NCBI GenBank assembly: GCA_905331295.1
Contig: CAJNYD010000113.1
Span: 1 to 64,000 of the forward strand
Direction of reading: 5' to 3'
DNA length: 64,000 nucleotides
DNA from: Rotaria socialis
Taxonomy: Eukaryota
Below, piece after piece: positions 24,901 through 39,900 of this stretch (positions are counted from its first letter, which is position 1; each line of letters opens with the position of its first letter). Both the position numbers and the translations under genes were made by a program. The notes beneath the pieces were generated by a model. The model was given only the letters and a program-made list of their open reading frames with translations, ran no database searches and was not told the origin of the DNA.

Positions 24901-27900
24901 AAAATGATTAAACATAGAATCTTGATTTTTGTATTTGATCTTCTATTTTAGTTTGTTACACGTGCCGTTCGTGTTATTGATTTAATAACTTCTCTAGATA
25001 TAACATCATTTCAGACAAACAATGGTTTACAAGCGTTCATCAATCGATTGGAAGTATGTTTATTTAATTCATTTGTTTTAGTCATAGGAAAACAAGAGGT
25101 CCCATGTACAAGCTCCTATCGAAGCATTTCTATGATATACGTGATTAGAAGTGTCAATGTGTGAGCAATAAAAAACATTCAATAAGAACGGTCGCAATTT
25201 GTATTATCAATGTATAAATAGCATTACCAACTTATTGAACATATCCTATTTTTGGTAAAACACGATCCTAAAAATAAGACATAAATTTTGGCATGTAGCG
25301 ATAAAAAAACACTAGCTCGGATTTTTCTTATCACATGCCGACTAGAGACCGAATGTTATTTTGTTGATAGACGGCATATAAATAAGTTTTTATTCAAATA
25401 TTTGAATAACTTTTGTATCCTATTGATGCAGAATGTAGTAAAAGAAAAATTAAATCTAATCAATTTATCTTTGACGAATGTCTAAATCGTGTTTCACGTT
25501 TTTATTGTTCAAAAATTATGTGAACAAATTTTTTTCTTAATTTCTATAACTAAATTTTAGCACGAAATAACACAATGTCGAAAAGAACAACCATTTATTA
25601 TTCGCATACCAAAACGTTCACAAGGAACACCAACAATAAATCTTGATTCACATCCTCCTTTATCACCGAGTGCACAATCAGATATATCTGGTGAACATCC
25701 AATACTGCCAGCAACCACGATGCATCTATCAAAAGATATGGATACAAGTGAACTTCTAGATGAACAACATGAATTAATGCCAAGCAGTCCAATACCTGGT
25801 TTATCTTGTTATCATCAACGTGCTGCATTACTTAAATCAATATTAAATTATTTAAAACGAGCTTTCACTGAACCAACAATGGCTGATACAACACGTCATA
25901 TCATGGATGCTTCATTACCAAATTCTTTAAAACATATTATCAGTAATGCTGAATATTATGGTCCATCATTGTTTCATTTAGCAACTGATGTTGTCACATC
26001 GTTTATATTTCAAGAACCATCACAATTATCATCTTTACAAGATAATGGTTTAACTGATGTATTAATGCATGCACTTTTGAAAAAAGATGTACCCGCTGCT
26101 CGTGATGTTTTAGCATCATTGCCAAATATATTTAGTGCATTGTGTTTAAATACACGTGGCTTAGAAAATTTTATGGAATATAAACCATTCGATAAATTAT
26201 TTTGCGTATTATTATCACCGGAATATTTACCAGCTATGAGACGACGACGTGGTACAGATACAATCTATGGTACAGCGTCAAGTCTTGGTAATGCTGTTGA
26301 TGAATTAATGAGACATCAAGTTAGTTTACGTACCGAAGCTATGAAATCAATAATTACATTACTTGAACAACTTGTCGAATTAGGAAATAATCCAAAATAT
26401 TGTTGTCAAAAACCACACTCATCATCATCATCAACTACAACAACGAAATTAACCGATACAATACGTGCTCAACATCGAACTGTACGTACAACAAATACAA
26501 CAAATACGAACACAGCAGGAAATGATAGAAATTCATCTGATGATGAATACGATGATGATGAAGCAACGAACGATGAAGCACCATTAGCCAATCGAGCAGT
26601 ACCACCATTAACGGGAACACCAACATCATCATCGATAGCAACAACTGCAACAATAATTGAGCCAATAACAAATATTCCAATAATACTTAATCAGACATTA
26701 TTGAGTGAAAAAAAATCTGAAGATGAAACAATTCCAATAGCTGTACCATTACTTGATTATATAACAAATATAATGCGTTTTGTTGAAGGTGTTATTAGTA
26801 ATAATACGACGGATGATCATGGAAAAGAATTTGTAAAATTAGGTGGTTTAAAACCGTTGCTTGATATTTTACAAATGAAAAATTTGCCAATAGATTTTCC
26901 ATCAAGTCAAGCTTGCCAATGCGTTGCTGCACTTTGTAAATCAACTCTTGTAAGTTTATCGATTAGAAAAATAGGCTATGATTTTTTTTTCTCTATTATT
27001 TTCTCCTTTATTTTAGACTCTTCTTGTTAAAGATAATAAATTAATTGAAATGATTATAACAAATCTTGATGCAATATTAAATTCTCTCGCAGATTTCTAT
27101 TCAAATCGTACCTATGATGGTTCATTATTAATAGAAGAATTAGCACGTGCTGCATCATCACCATCAGCATTATCAAACATACCGGTTGATCCAATGGATG
27201 CTATTAATCAATCTTCATTGACACCTATTCTTCACCAATTATCTATTGTTCATTCCCATATATCATTGCTCATATCATTATGTAAAATAACTCAAAATGA
27301 AGTACGTAGTATACTGATTAGTTTTTGGGGCGCGGAAACTGGTATACGTGTATTGAAAAATCTAAATAAATTATGTTTAACATTAATATGGGAAAGTTCA
27401 ATATTATTATCATTATGTTCATCGGACACGAATATGATGGATCAACAGTTTAATAAAAATGATTTGCTACAACTATTTCCAATGATCAATGATTTAACAA
27501 ATACAATATCACCATTACAAAATGTTTCAACACAATTAAATGATTTAACAACAAATGAAATGACGCGTACATTTGACATTGATGAAATCATGTCGATGGA
27601 TACAAGTGATTTTACAAAATTGAAATTAAAAGTATCGTTAAATATTCAACAACGTATTAAAACAATAAAACCATTATTATGCGTTTCTTCAAAACTTGGT
27701 CGAGCATTAAGTGAACTTTATAATTTACTTGTTAAACAATGTTCAACATCACAATTGAGACATGCTAGACGATTTAATCAACCACCGACGCCTTATGTAC
27801 CGACAGCGGCAGCAAAACTTGTTGCATCAACATTAACAGAAGTGTTACGAGATGGATTTCTATTTCATTTGCCAGCAAATATTAATTTAACAGAAAGTCA

Positions 27901-30900
27901 AATTGAAAAATTTCGTTTAACATTTTTTGTGTGTACAATAGGGTAAGCTATAGAATTATTATAACATCTGTCAATTTGATCGATATTCACTTTTTCCCCC
28001 CAAAGTTAACATGACATAACAACTATACACTAGAATCCATACATAATATTTACCATTGTCATATCTGAAATGATCAACATTATCAAATATAATCGCATGA
28101 ATTTGATTTCTTGTTTTTTATCTAACTTTCTGTTTCTATCTAACAATTCAATTTATTCATTGAATAAATTTCTATAGTCTATAATCTATTCAGTATAGAA
28201 CTTAAAATAGTCTTACTTAAAATAGTCTTACTTAAAATAATAGGTTAGCACTATCAAAGTTTATCGTTGTTATTATTATACGCAATAGAGCACATATTGA
28301 TCTTTCCCGAAATGTCATGTTCATCTTGGTGAAGCCGTTGAAACTGCCAAATGTTTATTTTTATATTTCACAATACACCGTCGATGTGTTCTTTAATTTT
28401 CATTTTAAAGCATTAAAATAATTTTATTTTTGACATTTTTTATTTAGTTTTGCTACTCCGATGCTATTCGATGAACGTCGCCGTCCTTACATGTTAATGT
28501 TACAACAATTTGAATTATCTAAAGCACAAGATGCACTTTTTTCGTCACTTGAATGGACACTTGATTTAATTAATCGTCAATCATTAATAACTGATGATCA
28601 ACAAACTTCACAAGTTAATAATACATATGATGCATCACCTACAGAATTTCTCAATTCAGCATTAATGCTTATATTACGCTTAGTTAATGTTAAATCAATT
28701 CTTGAATCTCCACATTCAATACCAAAAAAAGCACAAACAGAACGTACTTATTTTGTTCCATTTAATCCATTACATTATTTAGCATTAACACATAAATGTG
28801 CATTTAATATATTAACAAATTCATGTTCTGTACTTTGGGATAAACCATATTTATTAAAAGATCATGCAACAAAAATTATCGATAGTATATTATCAATATT
28901 TTGTCATATCTTACGTGGTGAATCGCAAATCAAAAAAAAACTTCAAGATGAGGAACAACTGCAGCAACAACAACAACAACAACAACAACAGCAGCAGCAA
29001 CAGCAGCAACAGCAACAGCAACAACAGCAGCAACAACAGCAGCAACAACAGCAACAGCAGCAACAGAATTTACCAACATACACTGTTCCCACAAGTGAAT
29101 TATCAAATCAACAACAATCAAATACGGATACTGATTTACCTGGTTCATCTGCATTGACATCGACGAATGCTACACCAGTGAATGAAGATCTTATTCAATC
29201 TATTACAATGATGGGCTTTTCTCGTGAGCATGCTATGGAAGGTTTATTACAGACGAATAATAATCTCGAATTAGCTGTTGATTATTGTGTTAATCATCCA
29301 CAATCTGTTATAGCTCCACAAATTCAATCAAATCTTCCTGATATGGATGCTGATATGGCTCGTGCTTTACTCTTATCATTAGGACAAGAAGTTGATGAAA
29401 CAGCTCTATCAAATCCAATAGCTGCATTAGCTGCATTATCAAGAGAAAATAATAATTCAATAAATGAAATCAACACAGCATCCTCCGCATCATCATCAAC
29501 TGCAAATCCAATAGTAAATCGTGAATTAATAACTAATCCAACATCGATTGAAAATCTAAATCAAGAAAAATCTTTATCTGTTATTGAATCATTATCAAAA
29601 GAATCTGTCGATCGTTTTACTGATTCGATTATGTTGAAAATTCTTGATATATTACCTGATACTGTTTATAAAATGTGTGAGCTTGTTGTAACAACAATGC
29701 ATCGTAATGGCATTCAATGGCGTGATCACTTTCTTGAAATCATTGCAAATGATATTAAAACAAGTTATTTAAACTTAATTGAATTGTTAGATAAAAATCT
29801 TTTAAATCAACAAGATGAACAATTAATATTACTATTTTTAAATGACCATCATAATTCTGTTTTATTTAGTCGTACATTATTAATGTCATTATTATTCGAA
29901 GAAATGCCTTTTCCGTGTGCACGAATAGCTGAAAAATTTTCATTGATTAATTATTTTTGTATACTTATACATCGTACAACGGATTATTTAAAAAAATGTA
30001 ATGAAAAGAAAACTCCAACATGGTTAGCACCAGCATTTATATTTATTGATTTATATGAAAAAGTGTCATTAGCATCAAAACGTCGTGCAATTATAAATCA
30101 AAACTATCGTGATTATAATCGTGTATGGCAATGGTTCGATGAACGTGCTGTCCGATGGAATAATTATCCAGCGACACAAAATAAACAAATCGACGATGCC
30201 TATGCTAATGGTGAACCATCATGTAAAATTGTTATACAACGAAGAAATTATATTATACAATTTAATACTATGTTACAAACCAATGAAGATACACATAATA
30301 AACGACCTATTATGCTTACATTTTCTAAACCATCAACAAAAACAACAAATACAGATGGATCAGTACCAATACCGCCAACATCATCAAGAACATTTTCAGC
30401 ATCACATACAAGTGACGATGATGATGACGATGATGATGATGATGATCAACAACCACATGGACAAGGTGTATCAATAAGTTTAAGTGATACAAAAAAAGTT
30501 GAATCCATGGATACCGAACAACATAGTGATACTACAACAATGTCAGTCATTGAATCATTAGCTGACGAACATGCTTTATTATTAACAACTGATTGTGTAT
30601 ATTTAATACGAATGCCTGTTGATCCTGATGCTATACATGCATTATTACGTCTTATATTACGTTTAACACGTGATTATAAATATGCAAGACAATTTGCTCA
30701 ATCCGGTGGTATACAAGCTATATTAAGTTTAACACAAACATCAGCATTTCAAGGTTGTGCATCATTAATCACATTAATATTTCGTCATATTATGGAAGAT
30801 GATAGTAATTTACGTTTAGCTATGGAAAAAGCTATACGTCAAGCATTGACAGGTAATCATGGTGTATCAATTGGTGTTCAACCAGCATGTCCAGGATCAC

Positions 30901-33900
30901 ATGAACTTAATGTTATATTACGTATATTGGGTCCAGCTATGACACGTGCACCAGATATATTTTTAGAAGTTGCATCAAATGTTTTACAATTATCACCACC
31001 ATCAGCCGGTCGTTTAGCAGGTTCATTAAGTCGATTTACAAATCCATTTTTAGCTGATGATGATCATCATACACAAGCAAATACACCAACAGGTCCATTA
31101 ATTTTACAAGCACGACCTGCAACTAGTCAAACAGCGACAGCAACATTAACACCTACACCAGCATCAACCTCAACAACTACCACCACCACAGCAACAATGA
31201 CAGTAGAACAAAATTCTCAAATACGTTCAAATCGAACAACAATGATTACAGCAGCAACAACAACAAACGAATCAGTTGGAGAATTAGCTGAACGTTTATT
31301 AGTTGATTTACTTGATTTTCTATTAACAAATGATGATTCGAATCCAAAACGTTTATTATCAAAATCAACTGTATTACGCATATTGGCTGAATTAATACGT
31401 TCATATGCTAATGTTGCTAAACTTGTATCAACAAAATCATTTTCACTACAAGATAATCAATCGTGTTCAGCACTATCATATATACTTGATTATTTATTGC
31501 CGGGTAATCATAATCAACAAGTTGATTACGACAAAGACATACCAGCATTATGCCGTTTATTTCTTGTTGCTATGGCTGCATGTAATCATTGTTTAGAATC
31601 TCAAATGAATTTAGTTAATGAAGTTAAAATGTCATTAAATAAAATTCTAATTTTACCTGAATGCGATGAAAAACATATGCGATTACAAGCATTAGCTAAT
31701 ATTATCAATACAATGATTGAATCATGTCCAGCACCAAATACATCTGCACCTCAACAAGGACAACATCGAATGTCTCAATCCATTATAAATAACATGATTA
31801 AAATTATGTACAAACGTGGTTTAATTAATGATTTAGCAAAAATGATACATAGTATTGAATTATCTAGTCCAAAATTAGCTGATACAGTTAATGCTGTGCT
31901 TAAACCAATGGAAACATTATCACGTGCAATTAATTATGCGACATCATTACATGTACAAAGTGGTGCTCGTCCACATGCAACAAGACATACAACAACAAAT
32001 CAAACAAATGCTTCAACTGTTCCACCAACAGCAGAAACAACCACTACAGATTCAACAACATCAATTCAAGAACAATCAACAATACGAAACGAAGAACAAC
32101 CAATTATCACAGCGGGTATAGCAACAACAGCAACATCACTACCACCAACAACAATATCAGATTCATCTCGACCAACTGAACCTCAACAACAACAACAACA
32201 ACAACAACAACAAGCATCGTCCATAAATGTACCACATACGTCAACACAAGATGAAAATCGCTCATTAATCGATAATACAACTACAAATAATACTAATAAT
32301 CCAGCACTCAATTCAGCTAATCAAGTTGCATTAAGTATAAGTCAAGAAGAATTATTAAATGCAACTGATATGGAACCTGTTGCTGGTTTACCACAAGATG
32401 TTGATATTTTTGAAAGAAATATTCATGGTACAGCTAGACTTTCAACCGACGAAGATGAGGATGACGACGATGAGGATGATGACGAAGAAGTTAGCATTGA
32501 AGATGAGGATGAAGATGGAAATGGTGGCGTCGGAGCAATTAATGTCGAATTTGATGTTGCGCGTGCTCTCGATGATACAAATGAACATGGTAGGTTCACT
32601 GTAGAGAAATAGCAAGAAAATTTCTATTTTGTTTTGTTTTTATCATATATATTAGCTTCAAGTGAAAGTTCGACAACAAGCGCTGATAATGATGATGAAG
32701 ATGATGATGCAGAAGAAACCGATAGTCCTGATGAAGAAATGGATATGGATAGTGCTAATGGAAATGATCGTGAACCACAACATCGGTAGGACTTGCTAAA
32801 TAGTTTATTTGTATAAAAATCTTGATATGAAATATTCACTCCTTATAAATTCTAGCATATTAGTTCTAAACAAGCATTAATTTGAAATAATAATAATAAT
32901 AATAATCTTACGAAAACTATTTAATCTAGAGCCTACTGGAAAGAAAATCGGAGGACACATTTGAAAAGATTACAAATAATTGTTTTTGTCTCTAATCAGC
33001 TGCCATTAAAGGATTACAAAATGAAAGAAATATTTCATAACAAACTATTTCTAAAATGAATACATTTTTCTTTTATAGTTATAGTGATGATGATGAAGAT
33101 ATAACTAGTGAAGAAGAAGTTGATGTTCGTTTAACAGGTAATTAAATCGTTTTTCTTTTTATTGCTATTTTATGAAAGTGTCTGTTTCTTCTTCTTCTTC
33201 GTGTAACTAGGACCAACATCATCCGGTGAACAACATGATGATGAACATGATGATGATGATGATCTTGACGATGACAGTGATAATAGTGATAGTGATGATA
33301 CTCATACTGTAGATGAATTAGATGAAACTGAAGGACCTACAATTGATATTCACATTGAAACAGCATCAAGTCAATCGGCTGATGGAAACTTAACAAATAC
33401 TAATGAACGAGATGGTCAAACTAATGAAACAGGTGGTAATATGAATGATGATACAACAAACAATAATAATAATATTCAAGAAGATGACGAAGAAGAAGAT
33501 GATGAAGATGAAGACGATGAAGATGAAGAACAAGACGAAGATGAAGATGATTTTGCTGAAGATGATGATGCTGCTGCTGAAGATATTGAAGATATGGTTG
33601 AACGGTAAGAATAAATTGAGGTTTTTGTTTTACACATATATCGATCAATTATGAATTCTGTCTTTCAGTGATATGGATGCAGCGAATGCTTGGCAAGATG
33701 ACGACGAAGAAGACGAAGACGAGGATGATGAAGATGAAAGTACTGAATTTGAAGATGATGATGGTGATATCGCTGACTATGTTCATGAAATGGAATTCGA
33801 TGAAGAAGTTCTTTCGGAAATTCGTAATAATCTTATGTCACCAACTGATATTGATCCGATTTTAATATCTAATTTTCAAGGTGTTCGAATTCGTGCCACT

Positions 33901-36900
33901 GGTTTTCCACCACTTCACGGCATCAATGATACAGGTTAGTTTTCATCAAACATAAGACAGAAATTTTTAGAAAAATTCAGAAAACGATTTACTTTTTACT
34001 TTTTACTTTTTGTATTTTAGTTGATCCAGCTCTTCCACCGCCACCAATGAGTGTACCTGCTCTGCATCCATTACTTGTTCATCATGCTGATAATCAATTA
34101 AGTTCAGGTGCTTTTTCACGTTTTCGTCAATTAGGTACGACAACAACAACAACTACAGCACCCAATCAACCAAATATAAATGTTCTATCAGCACAATCAA
34201 ATCCAACATCAACATTGACATTCGGTCAACCAAATGGACCAGCAGCAGCAGCAGCAGCAGCAACAACAACAACAACAACAACAATGCTGACTGGACAAGC
34301 AGGATTGAGTGTACAACAACAGATCAATCAACAAGCACAGCGCAATCGTATGTTTTTCATTTATTACATCGAATCTAAATCATTTCTTTTCATAGGCACA
34401 ACACGAACATTATTTATTCCAAATGGTACAACTACATTTGGTCGTGCAGCAGCTGGTGGCTTTGCTGAATATCTTCAGCATGCTAATCAACTTGATGTTG
34501 ATCCATTGGCAGGTCCAACAATAACAAATACTGGCACATTGCCAGGTACAGCAACAGCACGTATACTTGTTGGTAATGGTGCCGATTCTGAAGCATGGCG
34601 ATTTTTACATGATCAAATGTTAATGGAAATTGCACCACAAGCTAATGAAGGAAATGAAAATATTGATGGAACAAAGATCTATATGATACGTACACCATTG
34701 GCACGTTGGATTGAAGAAAGTATTGTACTTGATGGACCTTATGTGCATGATACAGTGTTAGCATTAAAATCGAAAATAACTGAACCATTAGAAAAACAAT
34801 ACGAATCAGAATTACAACTTGCTTTAACTAAAAAAGCTAAAGATGATGAAGAACGTAAAAAACGTTCTGATGAAAAACTACGGCAAGATGCTGAGCGTGC
34901 ACAAGCAGCAACAGCTGCTGTAGCTGCCTCTGTATCATCGACAACTACAAATGATCAACAGCCAACAGAAAATATAACATCAACAGAAATAACTACTAGT
35001 ACAACCACAGAACCAGTGATATCATTGCCTTCATCATTACAACATATTCGTGATATTGTTATGACTTCACCTGAATTACAACGTTCTTCACAATTATATC
35101 CGTCTCGACATAATCGAAATGTAAATACAAGTCCTATACGTCCAGCGAATGATGAATCAGCACAAATAAGTTTACAACCTAGTGGAGCAGGTAAACAGTC
35201 TAAGAAATTCTGAAAGAAAAATTTCTTTTTTTTTTCTTTTATTTAAGTTCCACCAATCACAACTGATGCTGGCACAAGTCCATTAGCCACTGAAAATATG
35301 TCTACTGGTGGTCAATCGCCTGCTCAATTAGCAACATCACCTACAACATCAATGGAAATAAACCATCCATCACCAATTAGAGAGAATATTACTGAAGAGC
35401 AACTACAGCAACAGCAACAACAACAACATCAACAACAACAACAAGAAATAACAAATGAACTAGACATAACACTAACAATAACGACTGAACAAATTTTTCC
35501 ATCAACTGCAACTGAACAAACAGTTGCTGCCGCCGTTGCCGTGGCTGCTACTGTTGTTGCAACTACTACTCCAGTTACAACAGCACCACCCGTTGAACCA
35601 GAAGTTGAATGGACAACATTAACTATTGATGGACGTGAATTTCGTGTTCCAAAAGCCTTAGAAATTGATCCATCATTTTTAGCTGCATTACCTGAAGAAA
35701 TGCGACAAGAAATTTTAACTGATCAAGTACGAAATTTTGAACGTGAAGAAAATCAACGACGTGCTCAACGTGCCGCTGCTTATGCTGCTGCAAATCCTAC
35801 AGCAAATTTAAATTCACAAGCAAACGATGGTACTAATAATGATAATTTCGCTTCAAGAACAAATCAAGCAACAAGTGAATCTGTTATTGGTGAAATGCTT
35901 GGTGAAATAAACCCGGAATTTATTTCTGCACTGCCACCTGAAATTCGTGAAGAATTATTAGCTGAACGTCGTCGTACGGCTGCTACAATGGCTGCTATGA
36001 GTGGTGTTAATTTACCTGATAGTGGTCCAGCAGAATTTCTACGTACATTACAACCACATCTACGCCAACAAGTTCTTGCCGATATGGATGAAAGTCAAAT
36101 AGGTGCTTTACCAGAAGACATGGCCAATGAAGCTCGTGCATTACGTGCTGCTATGGAAACTCAACAACAACAATATATACGTGAACGTATGGCACGAAAT
36201 CATCATGATATGCTGAATATGTTAACACATAGTGCACGACCCATACGTATGTATAATCTACGTGCATTACAAGAAGCACGAAATAATCGTACAGATCGGC
36301 AACCAACAAATTGGTTTGCATTACGCACAGGTACAAATACAGCTGGTGATGTAAATAGTAATACAGCAGCCATTGGCTCACGTGGTAGACAATTACTTGA
36401 TTATGAATCAATTTGCTGTTTACTTGTTTTATTATTTATTGATGATACACGTTTGAATTTTGCTCGTTTGCAAAAAGTTTTGAAAAATTTATGTCATCAT
36501 ACACAAACACGACAATGGATTATTAAAGCATTATTATCAATTATAAATAAAAGTACAGGACGTACAGAATATGAAGGACCAACATCGACACCCGGTGCAC
36601 CAACACTTGTACTTAAAAATCCAAGCACAAATAATCAATCACAAACAACAACAAATAATATTACTGGAAATGAAATTCAACAAATAAAAAATATTAATCC
36701 AGCATGGTTAACAATTAATTTTGAAAGTGCATTTGGTGCACGCACAAACGTTTTTAAAATTCAGCGTCTCGGTAATACAAAGCGTCACGGTTCTGTACAC
36801 ATATCAGTTCATGCGCAAGCGTGTCCTATCGTTTGTCGGCAAGTACTTGAATCATTAATTATATTAGCAAAAAATTTTCCAGACCAATTTCTTCCATTAC

Positions 36901-39900
36901 CATTAACCAATAATGATCAACAACAACAACAACAACAGCCAGCTATTCTACCATCAAATGAACATACGATGAAGATGAATTCACCTGATAAGCAATTAGT
37001 AGCAACACCATCGAAGACTTCTTCAAATATACGTGATTTATCATTTTGNCAACAACAACAACAACAGCCAGCTATTCTACCATCAAATGAACATACGATG
37101 AAGATGAATTCACCTGATAAGCAATTAGTAGCAACACCATCGAAGACTTCTTCAAATATACGTGATTTATCATTTTGGGAATTAATTCTTAAATTAGATC
37201 AATCATTTAGTAATCGTTCATCTCGTTCATCAACAAATCCATTACAAAATATATCGTCAATTGTTATTACAAATTCAACAACAGCATCTTCAACTACAAC
37301 CAATACTAATAATCAACGAACGGCATTAACATTAAATATAACTACTAATACTAGTAATTATGAAGTTGATTTTGAATCATCACCATTGGCTGCCTTATTA
37401 CTCATGNTTACAAATTCAACAACAGCATCTTCAACTACAACCAATACTAATAATCAACGAACGGCATTAACATTAAATATAACTACTAATACTAGTAATT
37501 ATGAAGTTGATTTTGAATCATCACCATTGGCTGCCTTATTACTCATGCTCGATCATCCAATATTAAATAAAAATAATCAATTAATGGATAAACTATTTAA
37601 ATTACTTTCAATTATATCACAAAGTTTTCAAATACATATTATAACGAAAAAAGATATTACACCATCGCCATTAGCTACATCAACACCGATGACAGCTGAA
37701 CCACAAAATCCACCAACAAATCCTATTCAACAACAAACTAATGATCAACCATCAGCAACAAATACAAATACAAATACAAATACAAATAATAACAATAATA
37801 ATAAATTAGTCGTATCCGATGATCAAGTTGTTTTAGGTTCACAATTAGATTTAGTTATTAAAGCATTAATATCTAAATCATGTACAGAAGATGGTCTAGA
37901 ATTTGCAACAATACTCTTATTAAATGTATCGAAAATAAATCAAGCTACAAGAGATAAAGTTTTACATTTACTACTTAATGGTATTCGTTTATTAGGCAAA
38001 GATGTTAGTGATGAAATTAAGTAAGTTTAATTTTAATATTAAAAAAAACTCAGTCTAAACAAAAAATTCACAATGGATTCATATCTTTTGATTGGATTCG
38101 TCAAAAATATGTATCAAGTAGATTTTAATGAGCTATCAAGTTTTCTTTTTAACTTATAACTAATTATTTGACATATCGTTTATACAAAACCTTGATTTCA
38201 TAATCTATCATTCTAAATTAGCTCAATCTACAGTTAGCTTCTTTTCTTTTCTCACGCAAGTCATTCATAGACGTCCATGTCGATTCTTTTATTCTTAAAA
38301 AAAATACAGTAGAAAAAATCTATTTGTTTTAAATAAAATTCTTAAAATTTTCAATCAATAACCTTCAACCTTTTTTTTTGTATTCAGACAATTACATTGG
38401 GAAGTTCAAGATTATCTATCGAAAAATAAATCTACTACAGCAACAACAGGCAACGATGATGAATCATCAAATACACCAATAGATGAATCTGCTAAATTAT
38501 TCGATTCATATAAATCAATACGTTCAAACACTTTGCCAACAATGAACGCCGATCCGAATGCTAAACAGCAAGATTTACAATTACCAGCTATGGTTATGTT
38601 AACATCTAAAACCGCAAATCAACAATTTCTATTACGTATTCTTAAAGTAATAATTCAATTACGTGACGCAACTAAAAAAGAACAACTCGATTCTCAAACA
38701 CACTTCGAAAATGAACTTCACACATTAACACGCCGTCTTGATACATTACGCCAATCATTACGTTCACATATTCCATCGGATAATAATAATCAACAAAATG
38801 ATGTATTACAACCTATCGATGACTTATCAAATCGTTTAGAACAAATGCGTACACGTTTACAAACAGTTTTAAATTCGAATACAATTGAACAACGTCAACA
38901 ACTATTTTCACAACGTGAAACAATAAATGATATTCAAGATATTTATCGTTTAATTCGACAACTTGAAGCATTAATTGAAACATTTCAGGAACCACCAATG
39001 TCAACAACAATGACAACACGTATCAATGATGTTTTACAAACAATTCCACCATTATTTCCACAAATCAATGAACCAATGGACATAGGACAATTTTTACCAT
39101 CGCAACAAACAAAATTAAGTGATCTATTAAATATAAATCAATTATGGGATTCATTAAGTGATTGTTTATTATCATTAGCTAAATTACCTGATCCACATGC
39201 TGTATTAGTACTTCAGCCGGCTGTTGAAGCTTTCTTTCTTGTGCATGCTGCTGATTTAGATAATGAAAATGAAAAAACCAATCGAAAGAAAAAAGATCGT
39301 GAAACACGTGAAGCACTATCACATTTAGAATGTTTTGGTCCAGCACCATCAACAACATCTGATGAACATGTTGCACCAAGTGAAACAGTAATGACCTCAG
39401 CAACATCAGATATATCAGCAGTGCCAACACTTGTCTTACGAACAAGTACGACACCAACAATATCAACAAATGATTTACCATTAGATGCACAAAAATTTGT
39501 TGAATTTGCTCGTACACATCGTACTGTATTAAATCAAATCCTACGTCAAAGTACACAACATTTAAGTGAAGGACCATTTCATATATTAACTGATTATACA
39601 TCAATACTTGATTTTGATGTTAAAAGAAAATATTTTCGTCATGAACTCGACCGATTAAAAGAAAATATACGCGGAGAAGATTTAGCGGTGCATGTTCGAC
39701 GTAATAATGTATTCGAAGATTCATATAGAGAATTAAGTCGACGTTCACCAGAAGATTGGAAACATAGATTCTATATTGTATTTGATGGCGAAGAAGGGCA
39801 AGATGCTGGTGGTCTTCTACGTGAATGGTATTCCGTTATAGCACGTTCAATGTTTGATCCAAATTATGCTTTATTTATGATTAATCCAGGGGATCGTGTT

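Noticed and set aside
26435..39604. Many antisense or alternate-frame ORFs over HUWE1 (also over TDG, MSH6 and the hydrolase)
   Set aside because: These are shadows of low-complexity, codon-biased exons (poly-N/V/M/L translations) with no independent protein features.
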